NCBI GenBank assembly: GCA_002724585.1
Contig: PBPE01000040.1
Location: 20,857-64,487, forward strand
Source: Dehalococcoidia bacterium
GTDB lineage: Bacteria > Chloroflexota > Dehalococcoidia > Lucifugimonadales > UBA3495
Length of the DNA: 43,631 bases
Direction: 5' to 3'
Notes under the pieces: generated by a model
What the model was told of the DNA's origin: nothing
Database searches by the model: none
What the model saw: the letters and a program-made list of their open reading frames with translations, nothing else
Shown: in pieces, positions 8,892 through 17,983 of the stretch
How the letters are laid out: every line of letters begins with the position of its first letter
Position numbering within the stretch: the first letter of the stretch is position 1
Program-made: the position numbers and the translations under genes

Positions 8892-10076
8892 ATGCTCGAA
8901 GGTGTACGTGTTTTAGAGGTGGGTGGTGGTATATCAGCTCCGTTTTGCGGTAAGTTACTTGCGGATTATGGGGCTGAAGTTATTAAAATTGAAACTCCCT
9001 CTACAGGAGACGTTACCCGGTCAACTGGTCCTTTTGTGAAGGACGATCCCAATTTAGAAACAAGCATACCATTCCTCTATTTAAACACTAACAAAAGTAG
9101 TCTGACTCTAGATATATTTAGTAGTATGGGGAAATCGATACTGTCTAATTTATTGAGATCGAGCGATATTGTGGTGCACAATTTGGCGCCTGCAGATCTG
9201 GATTCGGCAGGACTAGCACCTGAATCCCTGCAAGTGGTTAATCCTGGGCTAATAAGCACGTCAATTACTCCTTTTGGACTGTCAGGATCGTATAAAGATT
9301 ATGAGGCGAGTGACATTATCGTATATGCTCTGAGTGGTCTTATGTATCACTCGGGCGATTCTGATCGTGAACCATTGCGAAATGTGCTTAATCAATCTTT
9401 TTATGTTGGAGGGATAAATGCGTCAGTGGCTACTATGGCCGCCTTATTCCAAAAGTTAACTGATGGGCAAGGCCAGACTGTAGAAGTTTGTTTGACTGAA
9501 TGTCTTGCGTCTCATCTTGTACAGGCAGTTCCATATTACGAGTACATGGGAGCAATAAAAGGGAGGAGACCTATCAGAGGTTCTGGTTTTGACGAATTAA
9601 TGCCGGCTAGAGATGGATATGTGGTTCCGTCTATACAGGGCTCTCAACCTTGGTCAGTTATCGCAGGATTAATTGGCTCACATGAACTCCAAGATGAAAA
9701 ATTTGCAACTGGAGCTGGGCGTATCGAGTATGGGGAACAAATAAAACAGCTGGTGATCCAAGGATTGTCTAAATGGGATCGAAAGCCGCTGTTTGAAGCC
9801 TCAGGAGAAAAGAGATTAGTATTTGGGATGGCTCAAGATGCGGGTGATTTGTATCAATGCCCACAACTGCAGAGCCGCGGTTTTTTTGAAGAAGTGAATC
9901 ATCCGGTAGCCGGCACCGCAAGATATCCTGGTATGGGTCCACGGTTGTCAGATTATAGATTCCTAGGGTACACACCCGCTCCTCTACTTGGTCAACATAA
10001 CAATATGTTTCTGAAAGATGAATTAGGCTATACCGCTGAGGAAATCCTTGATTTGTATGTCTCCAAGATAATCTGA
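8892..10076 (+). CDS. Family III CoA-transferase (CaiB/BaiF), probably non-catalytic subunit
   Basis: LEGVRVLE, LADYGAEVIKIE, LNTNKSSLTLD, PAPLLGQHN; no Asp at the usual active-site position (NQSFYVGG). Confidence 0.85.
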   Translation: MLEGVRVLEVGGGISAPFCGKLLADYGAEVIKIETPSTGDVTRSTGPFVKDDPNLETSIPFLYLNTNKSSLTLDIFSSMGKSILSNLLRSSDIVVHNLAPADLDSAGLAPESLQVVNPGLISTSITPFGLSGSYKDYEASDIIVYALSGLMYHSGDSDREPLRNVLNQSFYVGGINASVATMAALFQKLTDGQGQTVEVCLTECLASHLVQAVPYYEYMGAIKGRRPIRGSGFDELMPARDGYVVPSIQGSQPWSVIAGLIGSHELQDEKFATGAGRIEYGEQIKQLVIQGLSKWDRKPLFEASGEKRLVFGMAQDAGDLYQCPQLQSRGFFEEVNHPVAGTARYPGMGPRLSDYRFLGYTPAPLLGQHNNMFLKDELGYTAEEILDLYVSKII

Positions 10077-10110
10077 GGATTGTGCAGTTATATATGAGAG
10101 ATTGTTTAGC

Positions 10111-11472
10111 ATGAATAGACTACCGTTAGAAGGCGTAAGAGTCGTAGACATAAGCAGGGTATTTGCTATGCCTTACTGTGGAGCGTACCTTGCTGATTTG
10201 GGTGCGGAAGTCATCAAAATAGACACGCATTATTCAGCGTTTGTTGATACGACTAGGACCCTGAATGGACCGTATCCAAACAATGAGCCTACTGAGGATT
10301 ATTGGGAGACAGCCGGTACTTTTCAGACATTGAATAGAGGGAAGCGCAGTCTTACGTTAGATTTGAGGTCTGAAAAGGGACTAGAGACATTAAAAGAACT
10401 TGTCGCAATTAGTGATATATTTCTCGAAAATTTCACTCCTCGAGTGATGCGTAGATTCGGACTAGATTATCCTAATCTAAAGCAAGTTAAACCTGATCTT
10501 ATAATGGTTTCTAATACCGGATATGGGCATAGTGGTCCTTGGAGCAACTTTGGGGCAATGGCGACAGCATTGGAACCAACACATGGTACTGGCGCTTTCA
10601 TGGGTTATTTAGAACCAGATGACACGGGTAACCTTTCTGAAGGTTTTATCCCTAATAAAATTGCGAATTCATACACGGATTTCTTGGCAAGTTGGACGGG
10701 ACAACTTGCAGTTTTAACAAGTTTGTACAACAGGCATAATACCGGTCAAGGCATGTGGATAGATTTAGCAATGTATCAAGTAGGCGCATCATTTATGGGT
10801 GAAGGCATTCTAGATTACGCATTCAATGGGCGTAGGACTCGCAGATTAGGTAATAGGCATGAATATTACTCACCTCATGGTTGTTATCAATGTATTGGCC
10901 AGGATAATTGGGTAGTTTTGGCGGTAAGAGACGATTATGAATGGACCACTTTGTGTAAATTGATAGGTGAAAAAGAACTGATAGACAATGAACAGTATCA
11001 TGATCCGATGGTCAGATATAAATTTCAAGATCGGATCGACGAAATTATAAATGCGTGGACATATTCGAGAAGTTCCAACCAAATTATGATACTTCTTCAG
11101 GAAAATGGAATTCCCTGTGGTCAAGTTTTGAATGCTAAGGAGATGCTTGCCGATAATAATTTTATTGACAGAGGTTATTTCGAATCTATAGAGCATCCAA
11201 TTAGTTCGGGAATAGGAAAACGGAGGTATACTAGTCGCGGGTGGAGTTTGTCAAGAAACCAGATAAGTATCAAAACACCCGCTCCTTCATTGGGTGAAGC
11301 TAACGAATATGTTCTGGGAGAACTTTTAGCTCTCCCTCATGAACATGTTGTGGCATTAGAAGAGCAAGGAGCGATAGGAGAAACCTTGGAGGGAGCAAAG
11401 ATCCCGGAAGTTATATCTCTAGAACGCCAATCAGAACTTGGCTGGATTGTAGATTACGATGAGAGCAGATAA
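10111..11472 (+). CDS. Family III CoA-transferase (CaiB/BaiF), catalytic subunit
   Basis: PLEGVRVVD, LADLGAEVIK, LNRGKRSLTLDL, ENFTPRVM, SYTDF (catalytic Asp), PAPSLGE. Confidence 0.9.
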   Translation: MNRLPLEGVRVVDISRVFAMPYCGAYLADLGAEVIKIDTHYSAFVDTTRTLNGPYPNNEPTEDYWETAGTFQTLNRGKRSLTLDLRSEKGLETLKELVAISDIFLENFTPRVMRRFGLDYPNLKQVKPDLIMVSNTGYGHSGPWSNFGAMATALEPTHGTGAFMGYLEPDDTGNLSEGFIPNKIANSYTDFLASWTGQLAVLTSLYNRHNTGQGMWIDLAMYQVGASFMGEGILDYAFNGRRTRRLGNRHEYYSPHGCYQCIGQDNWVVLAVRDDYEWTTLCKLIGEKELIDNEQYHDPMVRYKFQDRIDEIINAWTYSRSSNQIMILLQENGIPCGQVLNAKEMLADNNFIDRGYFESIEHPISSGIGKRRYTSRGWSLSRNQISIKTPAPSLGEANEYVLGELLALPHEHVVALEEQGAIGETLEGAKIPEVISLERQSELGWIVDYDESR

Positions 11473-11534
11473 AAATTAGCGAGGGAAATCAGATTGTTAT
11501 TGATTCATCAGGTAAATAGTTATACGCCTATTGG

Positions 11535-13082
11535 TTGGAGAGTTTAATTCATTCTATGAGTGTATTCAGCTTAATACTAGATCGTTTAAATATTGTGGGT
11601 GCGTTTAAGCAATTAGGTTCGACACAACAGCGCAAAGACACGCTTTTCGCATTAGCTTTCGGACAACTATTAGTCCAATCAACGTTCATTCCCATTACCC
11701 TTACTATTCCGTCTATTGCTCATTACTTTTCAGTGGATATAGATGATGCATCGTGGTCGGTAATAGCCAGATTGTTAGTACTTGGGAGCACTGTATTTAT
11801 ATCTGCTAGGTTAGGGGATAGATACGGTTATGCTCTGGTGTTCTTCGTTGGAATAATCGTAATGTGTATAGCTAACCTATTAGCTGCGACATCTGGTAGT
11901 TTAATTCAGTTAATAATATGGAGTGGACTAGGTGGTGCCGGAGGAGCACTAGTATCTGCTAATTCCAACGCTATTTTGAGTGTCGTATTCTCGGCCAACG
12001 AAAGAGGTAGGGCTTTTGCGGTACCTGTAACTGCCTCACGAATTGGAACTTTATTAGGTGTGGCCTTATACGGCTTATTTTTGTCATTTGTAAGTTGGCG
12101 GTTGGTATTTGTCAGTACGCTGCTTATGGGTTTATTGGCAATATACTATAGTTACCCAATATTGAAGTACCATTTTCAAGGACTATTGGGAGAACGTAAA
12201 TACATCAAGATCAATTATTTGTCAGCAGCCTTATTGGTTGCGACTTTGAGTGTCTTTATCTTATCAGGATCACACTTGCATGATGGATCAGAATCCTTTA
12301 CCTCCCCAGAAGCGTTGGGTTATCACATACCTATGCACGCTTTGGCTTTGGCCTTAGGGTTGTTATTTTTCGTAATGCAAATTAGAAGCCCCAATCCGTT
12401 TTTAGATTTTCAGTACTTTAGGCGAAAATATTTTTCTATGGCCTTGTTCAGTAATACGACTTTCCATTTATCTATGCTGACTATTTTTACTCTAGTTCCA
12501 ATTGTGGTTGAGGATGGGCTCGGGTATACACCGATAGTGGTGTCGTGTATTCTGCTTGTTCACCAGAGCTTTGGATTATGGCTTCCGGCGATAGCAGGGA
12601 TGATTTACGATAGGTATAACCCAAGATGGCTAGGTCCAGTTTCTCTGATGTTAGTAGCCACTGGTGTAGGATTGCTGGGTATTTTTGCGTCTGTTGTGCC
12701 GGTGTGGGGGATCCCTATACTGCTTGTCCCTGCCTCTGTAGGGACAGGATTGTTCATATCCCCTTATAACGCATTGGTTATGAATACGTTGCCTGAGAAT
12801 AGAGGATTTGCTTCAGGAATGCTGGAGACTACCAGGCAAATGGGACATACGATTGGTACTACAATGGCGGCAATGATATTAGGTATAAGTTTGCCTGCGA
12901 CAATAGCACTTATACCGGATACTGATGCACAGATCTATTATCAACAGGGCTTTAGATTAGCATCTCTGACTGTTGTATGGATAGTTTCTGCAGGTTGTAT
13001 TGTAGCTCTATTCCAGAAAGTACCGGTGGTGACGGCGACTTCTGGTAGTCAGGAAGGTTCCGCGCCTGCAAGAGCGAACTAA
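11535..13082 (+). CDS. MFS transporter (DHA2-like)
   Basis: Many TM helices; ARLGDRYG, NERGRAF, GFASGM...RQMG. Exact start uncertain. Confidence 0.85.
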   Translation: MESLIHSMSVFSLILDRLNIVGAFKQLGSTQQRKDTLFALAFGQLLVQSTFIPITLTIPSIAHYFSVDIDDASWSVIARLLVLGSTVFISARLGDRYGYALVFFVGIIVMCIANLLAATSGSLIQLIIWSGLGGAGGALVSANSNAILSVVFSANERGRAFAVPVTASRIGTLLGVALYGLFLSFVSWRLVFVSTLLMGLLAIYYSYPILKYHFQGLLGERKYIKINYLSAALLVATLSVFILSGSHLHDGSESFTSPEALGYHIPMHALALALGLLFFVMQIRSPNPFLDFQYFRRKYFSMALFSNTTFHLSMLTIFTLVPIVVEDGLGYTPIVVSCILLVHQSFGLWLPAIAGMIYDRYNPRWLGPVSLMLVATGVGLLGIFASVVPVWGIPILLVPASVGTGLFISPYNALVMNTLPENRGFASGMLETTRQMGHTIGTTMAAMILGISLPATIALIPDTDAQIYYQQGFRLASLTVVWIVSAGCIVALFQKVPVVTATSGSQEGSAPARAN

Positions 13083-13154
13083 TGAATATCTGTTTCAACG
13101 TTTGAACAGCCAATCGTATCGACATGAAGTTAATTGGATGCTACGAGGGGGCAC

Positions 13155-14180
13155 ATGTCAAAAAATATTGCGGTGATTGGTACTGGTGCTACCGGAAGTG
13201 TAATTGGCGGTTTGCTCACGGCCGGAGGTCAGAATGTAACTATGATTGACCAGTGGGGGCAACATGTAAATGCCATGAAAGAGTCCGGGCTGCATATATC
13301 CATTCAAGAAGAAGAATTTACAGTGCCTGTCCACGCGATACACCTTTATGAGGTATGTCAGCTCGACACGTTATTCGATATTGTTTTTATAGCTTGTAAA
13401 TCTTACGACACTTTATGGCTAACTCATTTGATTGCTCCGTACCTGCAAACCGACGGATTCATGGTCTCTGCTCAAAATAGCTTAAATGATGAGTGGATTG
13501 CTCCGATCGTAGGCCACAATAGAGACATTGGATGTGTTTTGACGATGTCATCAGAGGTGTTCGAGCCAGGACATTTGAAGCGTAACACGCCTATGGACAG
13601 AGTCACGTTTACTGTTGGAGAATTGAGCGGTCGTATAACCCCCAGATTGCAAGAACTCCAACAAATTCTGAGTTCTGCAGGCAAAACAGAACTGACGACC
13701 AACTTGTGGGGGCTCAGGTGGTCAAAACTAGTTTTTAATTCTACTGTTGCGCCTGTGTGTGCTCTATCAGGGTTGGGCCCAGCTCATTTAGCGGATGCTC
13801 CTGAAAGAGTGCGTATATGTCTGGAATTAGGTCGAGAAGCACTTTTGGTGGGTCAGGCTTTGGGGTACTCTATGGAACCAGTTTTTGGTTTGAGTATGGA
13901 AGAAGCAATCGCTTCGCCAGAATCATTAATAGAAAATATAGTAAAGGCTTCACGGTTCGAGGGAAGAGGGGCGAGATCATTTTTCCATCAAGATGTTCTG
14001 AAAGGGAGGCCCACAGAAGTAGATTTTATAAACGGTTTAGTATGCAGGAAGGGTAGAGAATCTGGCGTTGCTACCCCTGCTAATGATGCGGCAGTGGAAT
14101 TTGTTAAACGACTAGAAAGAGGAGAGTTATCTCCTGACCCTGTAAATATCGTTCGTCTAGAGAGTTACATGGCTATCTAA
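13155..14180 (+). CDS. Ketopantoate reductase (PanE/ApbA) family oxidoreductase
   Basis: IAVIGTGATG, ACKSYDT, AQNSL, WSKLVFN, SFFHQDVLKGRPTEVDFING; GAGGGGG RBS before MSKN. Confidence 0.85.
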   Translation: MSKNIAVIGTGATGSVIGGLLTAGGQNVTMIDQWGQHVNAMKESGLHISIQEEEFTVPVHAIHLYEVCQLDTLFDIVFIACKSYDTLWLTHLIAPYLQTDGFMVSAQNSLNDEWIAPIVGHNRDIGCVLTMSSEVFEPGHLKRNTPMDRVTFTVGELSGRITPRLQELQQILSSAGKTELTTNLWGLRWSKLVFNSTVAPVCALSGLGPAHLADAPERVRICLELGREALLVGQALGYSMEPVFGLSMEEAIASPESLIENIVKASRFEGRGARSFFHQDVLKGRPTEVDFINGLVCRKGRESGVATPANDAAVEFVKRLERGELSPDPVNIVRLESYMAI

Positions 14181-14213
14181 ATACACATATATTGATTTTA
14201 TTTGGGGGCTAGA

Positions 14214-14888
14214 ATGGTAGAAAAAAAAGGTCGAGCTGTCATGATGGTTATGGTGGACATTGATGCAGAGCTGGATGGTGATTTTAATGCGTGGTACGAC
14301 CAAGAGCATGTTCCTGAATTGTTAACGATGCCTGGGTTTTTGAATGCTGGGAGATACCAGGCTATAAAAGGCGGGCCGCGTTATCTTGCATGCTATGAAT
14401 TAGAGTCAATAGATGCGCTACAAACTTCCGAATATCTCAATATGCGGAAGAATCCATCTGATTGGACTAAGAGGATATCGCTGTCTACTAATGGGCGAAG
14501 TTACGTTCGTAATGTATATACGCAAATTTATCCGGATACAAGGGATGAAAATACTTTAGGTAGAGGTATGGCACCCGCTCTGCAAGTAGGTCGGATGGAA
14601 GTCCCCGAGGATATTGAGGCAAAATATAATGAATATTATGATACAGTCAGGACTCCATCTAATTTAACAGTTCCGGGATGCATAGCAGTGAGAAGATACT
14701 CAGCAGTTGAAGGTGGGCCAAAGTATCTCACGATCTATGAATTTGAACATGAAAAAGTCCCAGAAACGTTAGCATGGGAAGAAAGACGTTCTATGGATCG
14801 CATGCATGAATTTATTGGTGGAAACTATGGGCATGCGCATGGTTCACCGGGTGTATATCGACGCATATTACCAGCTAGGTCGTTTTAA
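14214..14888 (+). CDS. Tandem EthD/DUF4286-like dimeric alpha-beta-barrel protein
   Basis: Two internal repeats: FNAWYDQEHVPELLTMPGF...GPRYLACYE and YNEYYDTVRTPSNLTVPGC...GPKYLTIYE. Confidence 0.7.
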   Translation: MVEKKGRAVMMVMVDIDAELDGDFNAWYDQEHVPELLTMPGFLNAGRYQAIKGGPRYLACYELESIDALQTSEYLNMRKNPSDWTKRISLSTNGRSYVRNVYTQIYPDTRDENTLGRGMAPALQVGRMEVPEDIEAKYNEYYDTVRTPSNLTVPGCIAVRRYSAVEGGPKYLTIYEFEHEKVPETLAWEERRSMDRMHEFIGGNYGHAHGSPGVYRRILPARSF

Positions 14889-14938
14889 CGATAAAGGGAG
14901 TACTGATTTGATTGTTCAGTACTCCCTTTATCGTTAAA
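14884..14938. terminator. Bidirectional hairpin terminator (23-bp perfect inverted repeat)
   Basis: TTTAACGATAAAGGGAGTACTGA (14884-14906) and its exact reverse complement (14916-14938), 9-nt loop, between convergent genes. Confidence 0.85.
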
Positions 14939-14950
14939 CAGCCAGTAAAT

Positions 14951-15565
14951 TTAGTCCTCTGTTGTTTGTTCAAGTTGCTCTGGAGGGGATTGCATATTCA
15001 TTTGGTTAGGTGTCAATACATGTGAAAGAATGAAATGTCCTACATCCCTTCGCATAGGGTCTGATACTTCACATCCGCGCAAAAAATCAAATCCGGGATC
15101 CAGTTCCTCTATTAGTTGAGCGACTTTAGAAGTTCCATGTCTAGCAGCGACAAGATATTCAATGCTTTTTGGATCTCGTCCCAACTCCTCTTCTTCTCGC
15201 CCTGTTTTTTCCAAATCTTCTTCGTAGTCTACTTGGTCGGATATTGCTAAAGACTTTAAAGCTTCTTGACGGTGTTCATTTATTTCTTTGAATAGGCTGT
15301 ATAGTGATTGGACCAACGTAGACACGGCCTCGAGTCTATGTGCTACTTGGCGTTGTTTATCGGTAGCCAATTTGACTTCACTTTTCGCTCTTTCTGTTGC
15401 GTTCTCTCTAGCCAGATTCCGTTCATTACGTTGCTTAGTTTTAGCTAATTCGTCTCGAAGTCTGGGGGCGTCTGACGCGAGGGATTCCAGTTTTTGTACT
15501 TGGTTCTCGGCTTCCTCAGCAAGCCTCAATTGTGCTTCAAGAGAGGTAGTGTCTACATTTACCAT
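14951..15565 (-). CDS. Hypothetical coiled-coil protein
   Basis: AAGGAG RBS; E/K/R/A-rich helical composition. Confidence 0.7.
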   Translation of the reverse strand: MVNVDTTSLEAQLRLAEEAENQVQKLESLASDAPRLRDELAKTKQRNERNLARENATERAKSEVKLATDKQRQVAHRLEAVSTLVQSLYSLFKEINEHRQEALKSLAISDQVDYEEDLEKTGREEEELGRDPKSIEYLVAARHGTSKVAQLIEELDPGFDFLRGCEVSDPMRRDVGHFILSHVLTPNQMNMQSPPEQLEQTTED

Positions 15566-15855
15566 TTTTTAAGCTCCTTCAGTGAAAAATATATTCCCTG
15601 AAACCATGCTAGGCTTTTCTGAAGGGTACAACTGAACGTTGACGATTCTGATGTCTAGCTTCTTTTGTGCTGTGCTGAAAACTATTAAAACGTATTGCCT
15701 ATGAGTGCTTCAATAAAAATCAATGCGGGAAAAGAGCAAAACAGACTTATGTTGGTCAAATATCGGGTTTACGGTGCCTATAATTACAAATCAGACAGGT
15801 GAATATAGGGATGATATGATACGCCTCAAAGAGATTGTATTTATAAGGAGATGTT

Positions 15856-16761
15856 ATGGCGATAGAAAAAATTTCTTCGGAATTAGACCATATAGTGGCG
15901 TCTAATGCGGAAATAATGGAACTTGGTAGTGGGTACGGTGGAGAACATGGGCCAGCGGAAGGCCCGTTATGGTGGTATGAAGATAACTATCTTCTCTTTA
16001 GCGATATACAGAATAACTGCCGTATGAAATGGTCAGAGTCGAAAGGCATGACAGTTGCTATGGCTCCTAGCAATCGGTCAAACGGCTTAACTAGAGATCT
16101 TCAAGGTAGATTATTAGCGTGCGAGCACGACACTAGGAGAGTAACTCGAACCGAATTGGATGGTAGTTTGACAGTTATAGCTAATAGTTTTCAGGGAAGA
16201 CAGTTAAACCGTCCCAATGATGTAGTGGTTAAATCTGACGGTAGTATTTATTTCACCGACCCATGGACTCATAGGCGTCCAAGAGAAGAATGGGATCTAA
16301 CATTTTCTGGCGTTTACAGGTTGTCTGCTGATCTGGGTACACTAACGCTCTTAGTAGGAGATTTTTTGGTGCCCAATGGAATAGCTTTTTCTCCCGATGA
16401 GAGTGTTCTATACATAAACGATACTAGAAGAGGGCATATAAGATCATTTGATTTGCAAGACGATGGGACTCTTGCACTTGCATCAGATAGAATTTTCTGC
16501 GATCTAACGGGACATCTCCCAGGTGTACCTGATGGAATGAAAGTAGATGTGGAAGGGAATGTTTACTGTGGAGGATCTGGGGGATTGTGGATTCTGGATC
16601 CAACAGGCTCGCATCTTGGAACAATAGCGCATGGCCAATCAGCCACTACTAATCTATGTTTTGGAGGTAGAGATTGGAAAACGTTGTTTTTCACGACGAG
16701 GGGAACGTTAGGTAGCGTAAAATGTAACATATCAGGTATTCCTACTCCAGCTAATCGGTAA
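15856..16761 (+). CDS. SMP-30/gluconolactonase/LRE family protein
   Basis: AEGPLW, SNGL, NRPNDVVV, YFTDP, PNGIAFSPDE, PDGMKVD; AAGGAG RBS. Confidence 0.92.
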   Translation: MAIEKISSELDHIVASNAEIMELGSGYGGEHGPAEGPLWWYEDNYLLFSDIQNNCRMKWSESKGMTVAMAPSNRSNGLTRDLQGRLLACEHDTRRVTRTELDGSLTVIANSFQGRQLNRPNDVVVKSDGSIYFTDPWTHRRPREEWDLTFSGVYRLSADLGTLTLLVGDFLVPNGIAFSPDESVLYINDTRRGHIRSFDLQDDGTLALASDRIFCDLTGHLPGVPDGMKVDVEGNVYCGGSGGLWILDPTGSHLGTIAHGQSATTNLCFGGRDWKTLFFTTRGTLGSVKCNISGIPTPANR

Positions 16762-16879
16762 TTGATACATAACTAGTTATTAGTTGCAAAGAGTTTGTGG
16801 CTGTAATATTCTGACCGTGAAACTGGGCTTGGGTAACCGCATTAGATTGGGTGTAATCTGATAGTTGTAGGAGGAGTAA

Positions 16880-17239
16880 ATGAAAAGGTTGAGGTTTTCA
16901 GAAATAGATCACATTCCTTTGGGTCCTGCAAATGCAATAGATGGTTGGACTGGGGGAGAAGTGCATCGTACTAGACAACCACTACTAGCCGATGGAGCAA
17001 GCAAGTTTTTTAACGCAAGTATTGTTCATTTTGAAAAAGGCGCTATCACTGGTTGGCATAAGCATGATACGGATCAGATACTGGTGATTACGTCTGGCAA
17101 TGGAGTGGTAGCCAATGAGACTGACCGGGTAGAAGTAGCGGTGGGAGATGTGGTCCAGGTATTAGCTGGCGAAAATCATTGGCATGGTGCAACATCTGAA
17201 ACTTATATGAGTCATATAACTATTACAGGGACCTCGTAG
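16880..17239 (+). CDS. Cupin domain protein
   Basis: WHKHDTDQ and GENHWHGA cupin motifs; AGGAGGAG RBS. Confidence 0.88.
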   Translation: MKRLRFSEIDHIPLGPANAIDGWTGGEVHRTRQPLLADGASKFFNASIVHFEKGAITGWHKHDTDQILVITSGNGVVANETDRVEVAVGDVVQVLAGENHWHGATSETYMSHITITGTS

Positions 17240-17284
17240 CTTAGCACACAGCGACTGGAATAATGTTTTGAGAGAGGAGTAAGG

Positions 17285-17686
17285 ATGGACCTAATAGAGG
17301 AACAGCTAACTCAAAGTAAAACGATTGCGGTTGTGGGATTGTCTGATAATCCTGAAAGAGCAAGTTATGGAGTTTCCAGATATATGCAACAACAGGGTTA
17401 CCGAATAATTCCTGTTAACCCTATGATAAAGGAAGCTCTAGGCGAGAGAAGTTATCCAGATTTACGATCAATACCTGAACCAGTTGATATGGTTGATATT
17501 TTTCGCAGGTCTGAGCTCGTTGCTCCAGTCGTAGATGAAGCTATTGAGATTGGTGCCAAGTATATTTGGATGCAAGATGGTGTTGTTGATAATGAGTCCG
17601 CAGCTAAGGCTGAAGCAGCCGGTATACGTGTGATAATGGATGATTGAACATTGCGCCAACATCGTCGTAGGTTCGGCGAAAAATAG
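17285..17686 (+). CDS. YccU-like CoA-binding protein; probable Sec readthrough of TGA at 17645-17647
   Basis: TIAVVGLS, GYRIIPVNP, DMVDIFRRS, IWMQDG. TGA falls at the conserved Cys of VMDxC; readthrough gives TLRQHRRRFGEK then TAG at 17684-17686, matching the family's C-terminal His-containing helix. Confidence 0.8.
17662..17679 (+). promoter_or_regulatory. Candidate bacterial SECIS hairpin
   Basis: Stem TCGTCG/CGGCGA (one G-U pair) with G-containing loop TAGGTT, starting 20 nt after the in-frame TGA. Confidence 0.55.
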
Positions 17687-17754
17687 ATTCACGAGTGACC
17701 AGCGTGGACTCAAATAAGCTTAATTTGTAAGAGGCCCAAGGTGACTTGTTTTCC

Positions 17755-17783
17755 TTGACAGCGTTTGGCAGTGTAAGTACTAT
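17755..17783 (+). promoter_or_regulatory. Sigma70-type promoter for the DUF1800 operon
   Basis: TTGACA (17755-17760), 17-nt spacer, TACTAT (17778-17783). Confidence 0.65.
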
Positions 17784-17785
17784 AT

Positions 17786-17800
17786 CTATAATCATTCTAA
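17786..17800. promoter_or_regulatory. PerR-box-like operator
   Basis: CTATAATCATTCTAA matches 12 of 14 defined positions of the B. subtilis Per box TTATAATNATTATAA; overlaps the predicted +1. Confidence 0.55.
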
Positions 17801-17983
17801 GGTAAGAGTGAGTTACGAATAACGCGCTAATTGTTACGTGTAATCGTAAGGATTAGCGGATCATTCAGTGTTATTCGTAGAGTTGGGACAATTGGAACAC
17901 CTCGCGATCTCGCGTCGCCGGGATTTTGGCAAAACGTCAATGTGGAAAGCCACGAAAAATACTTGTATACAGAGGGGGAACGT

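Noticed and set aside
17831-17983. 51-aa N-terminal extension of DUF1800 from TTG at 17831
   Set aside because: No RBS and no signal-peptide character; ATG at 17984 has a GAGGGGG RBS and begins at the family motif.
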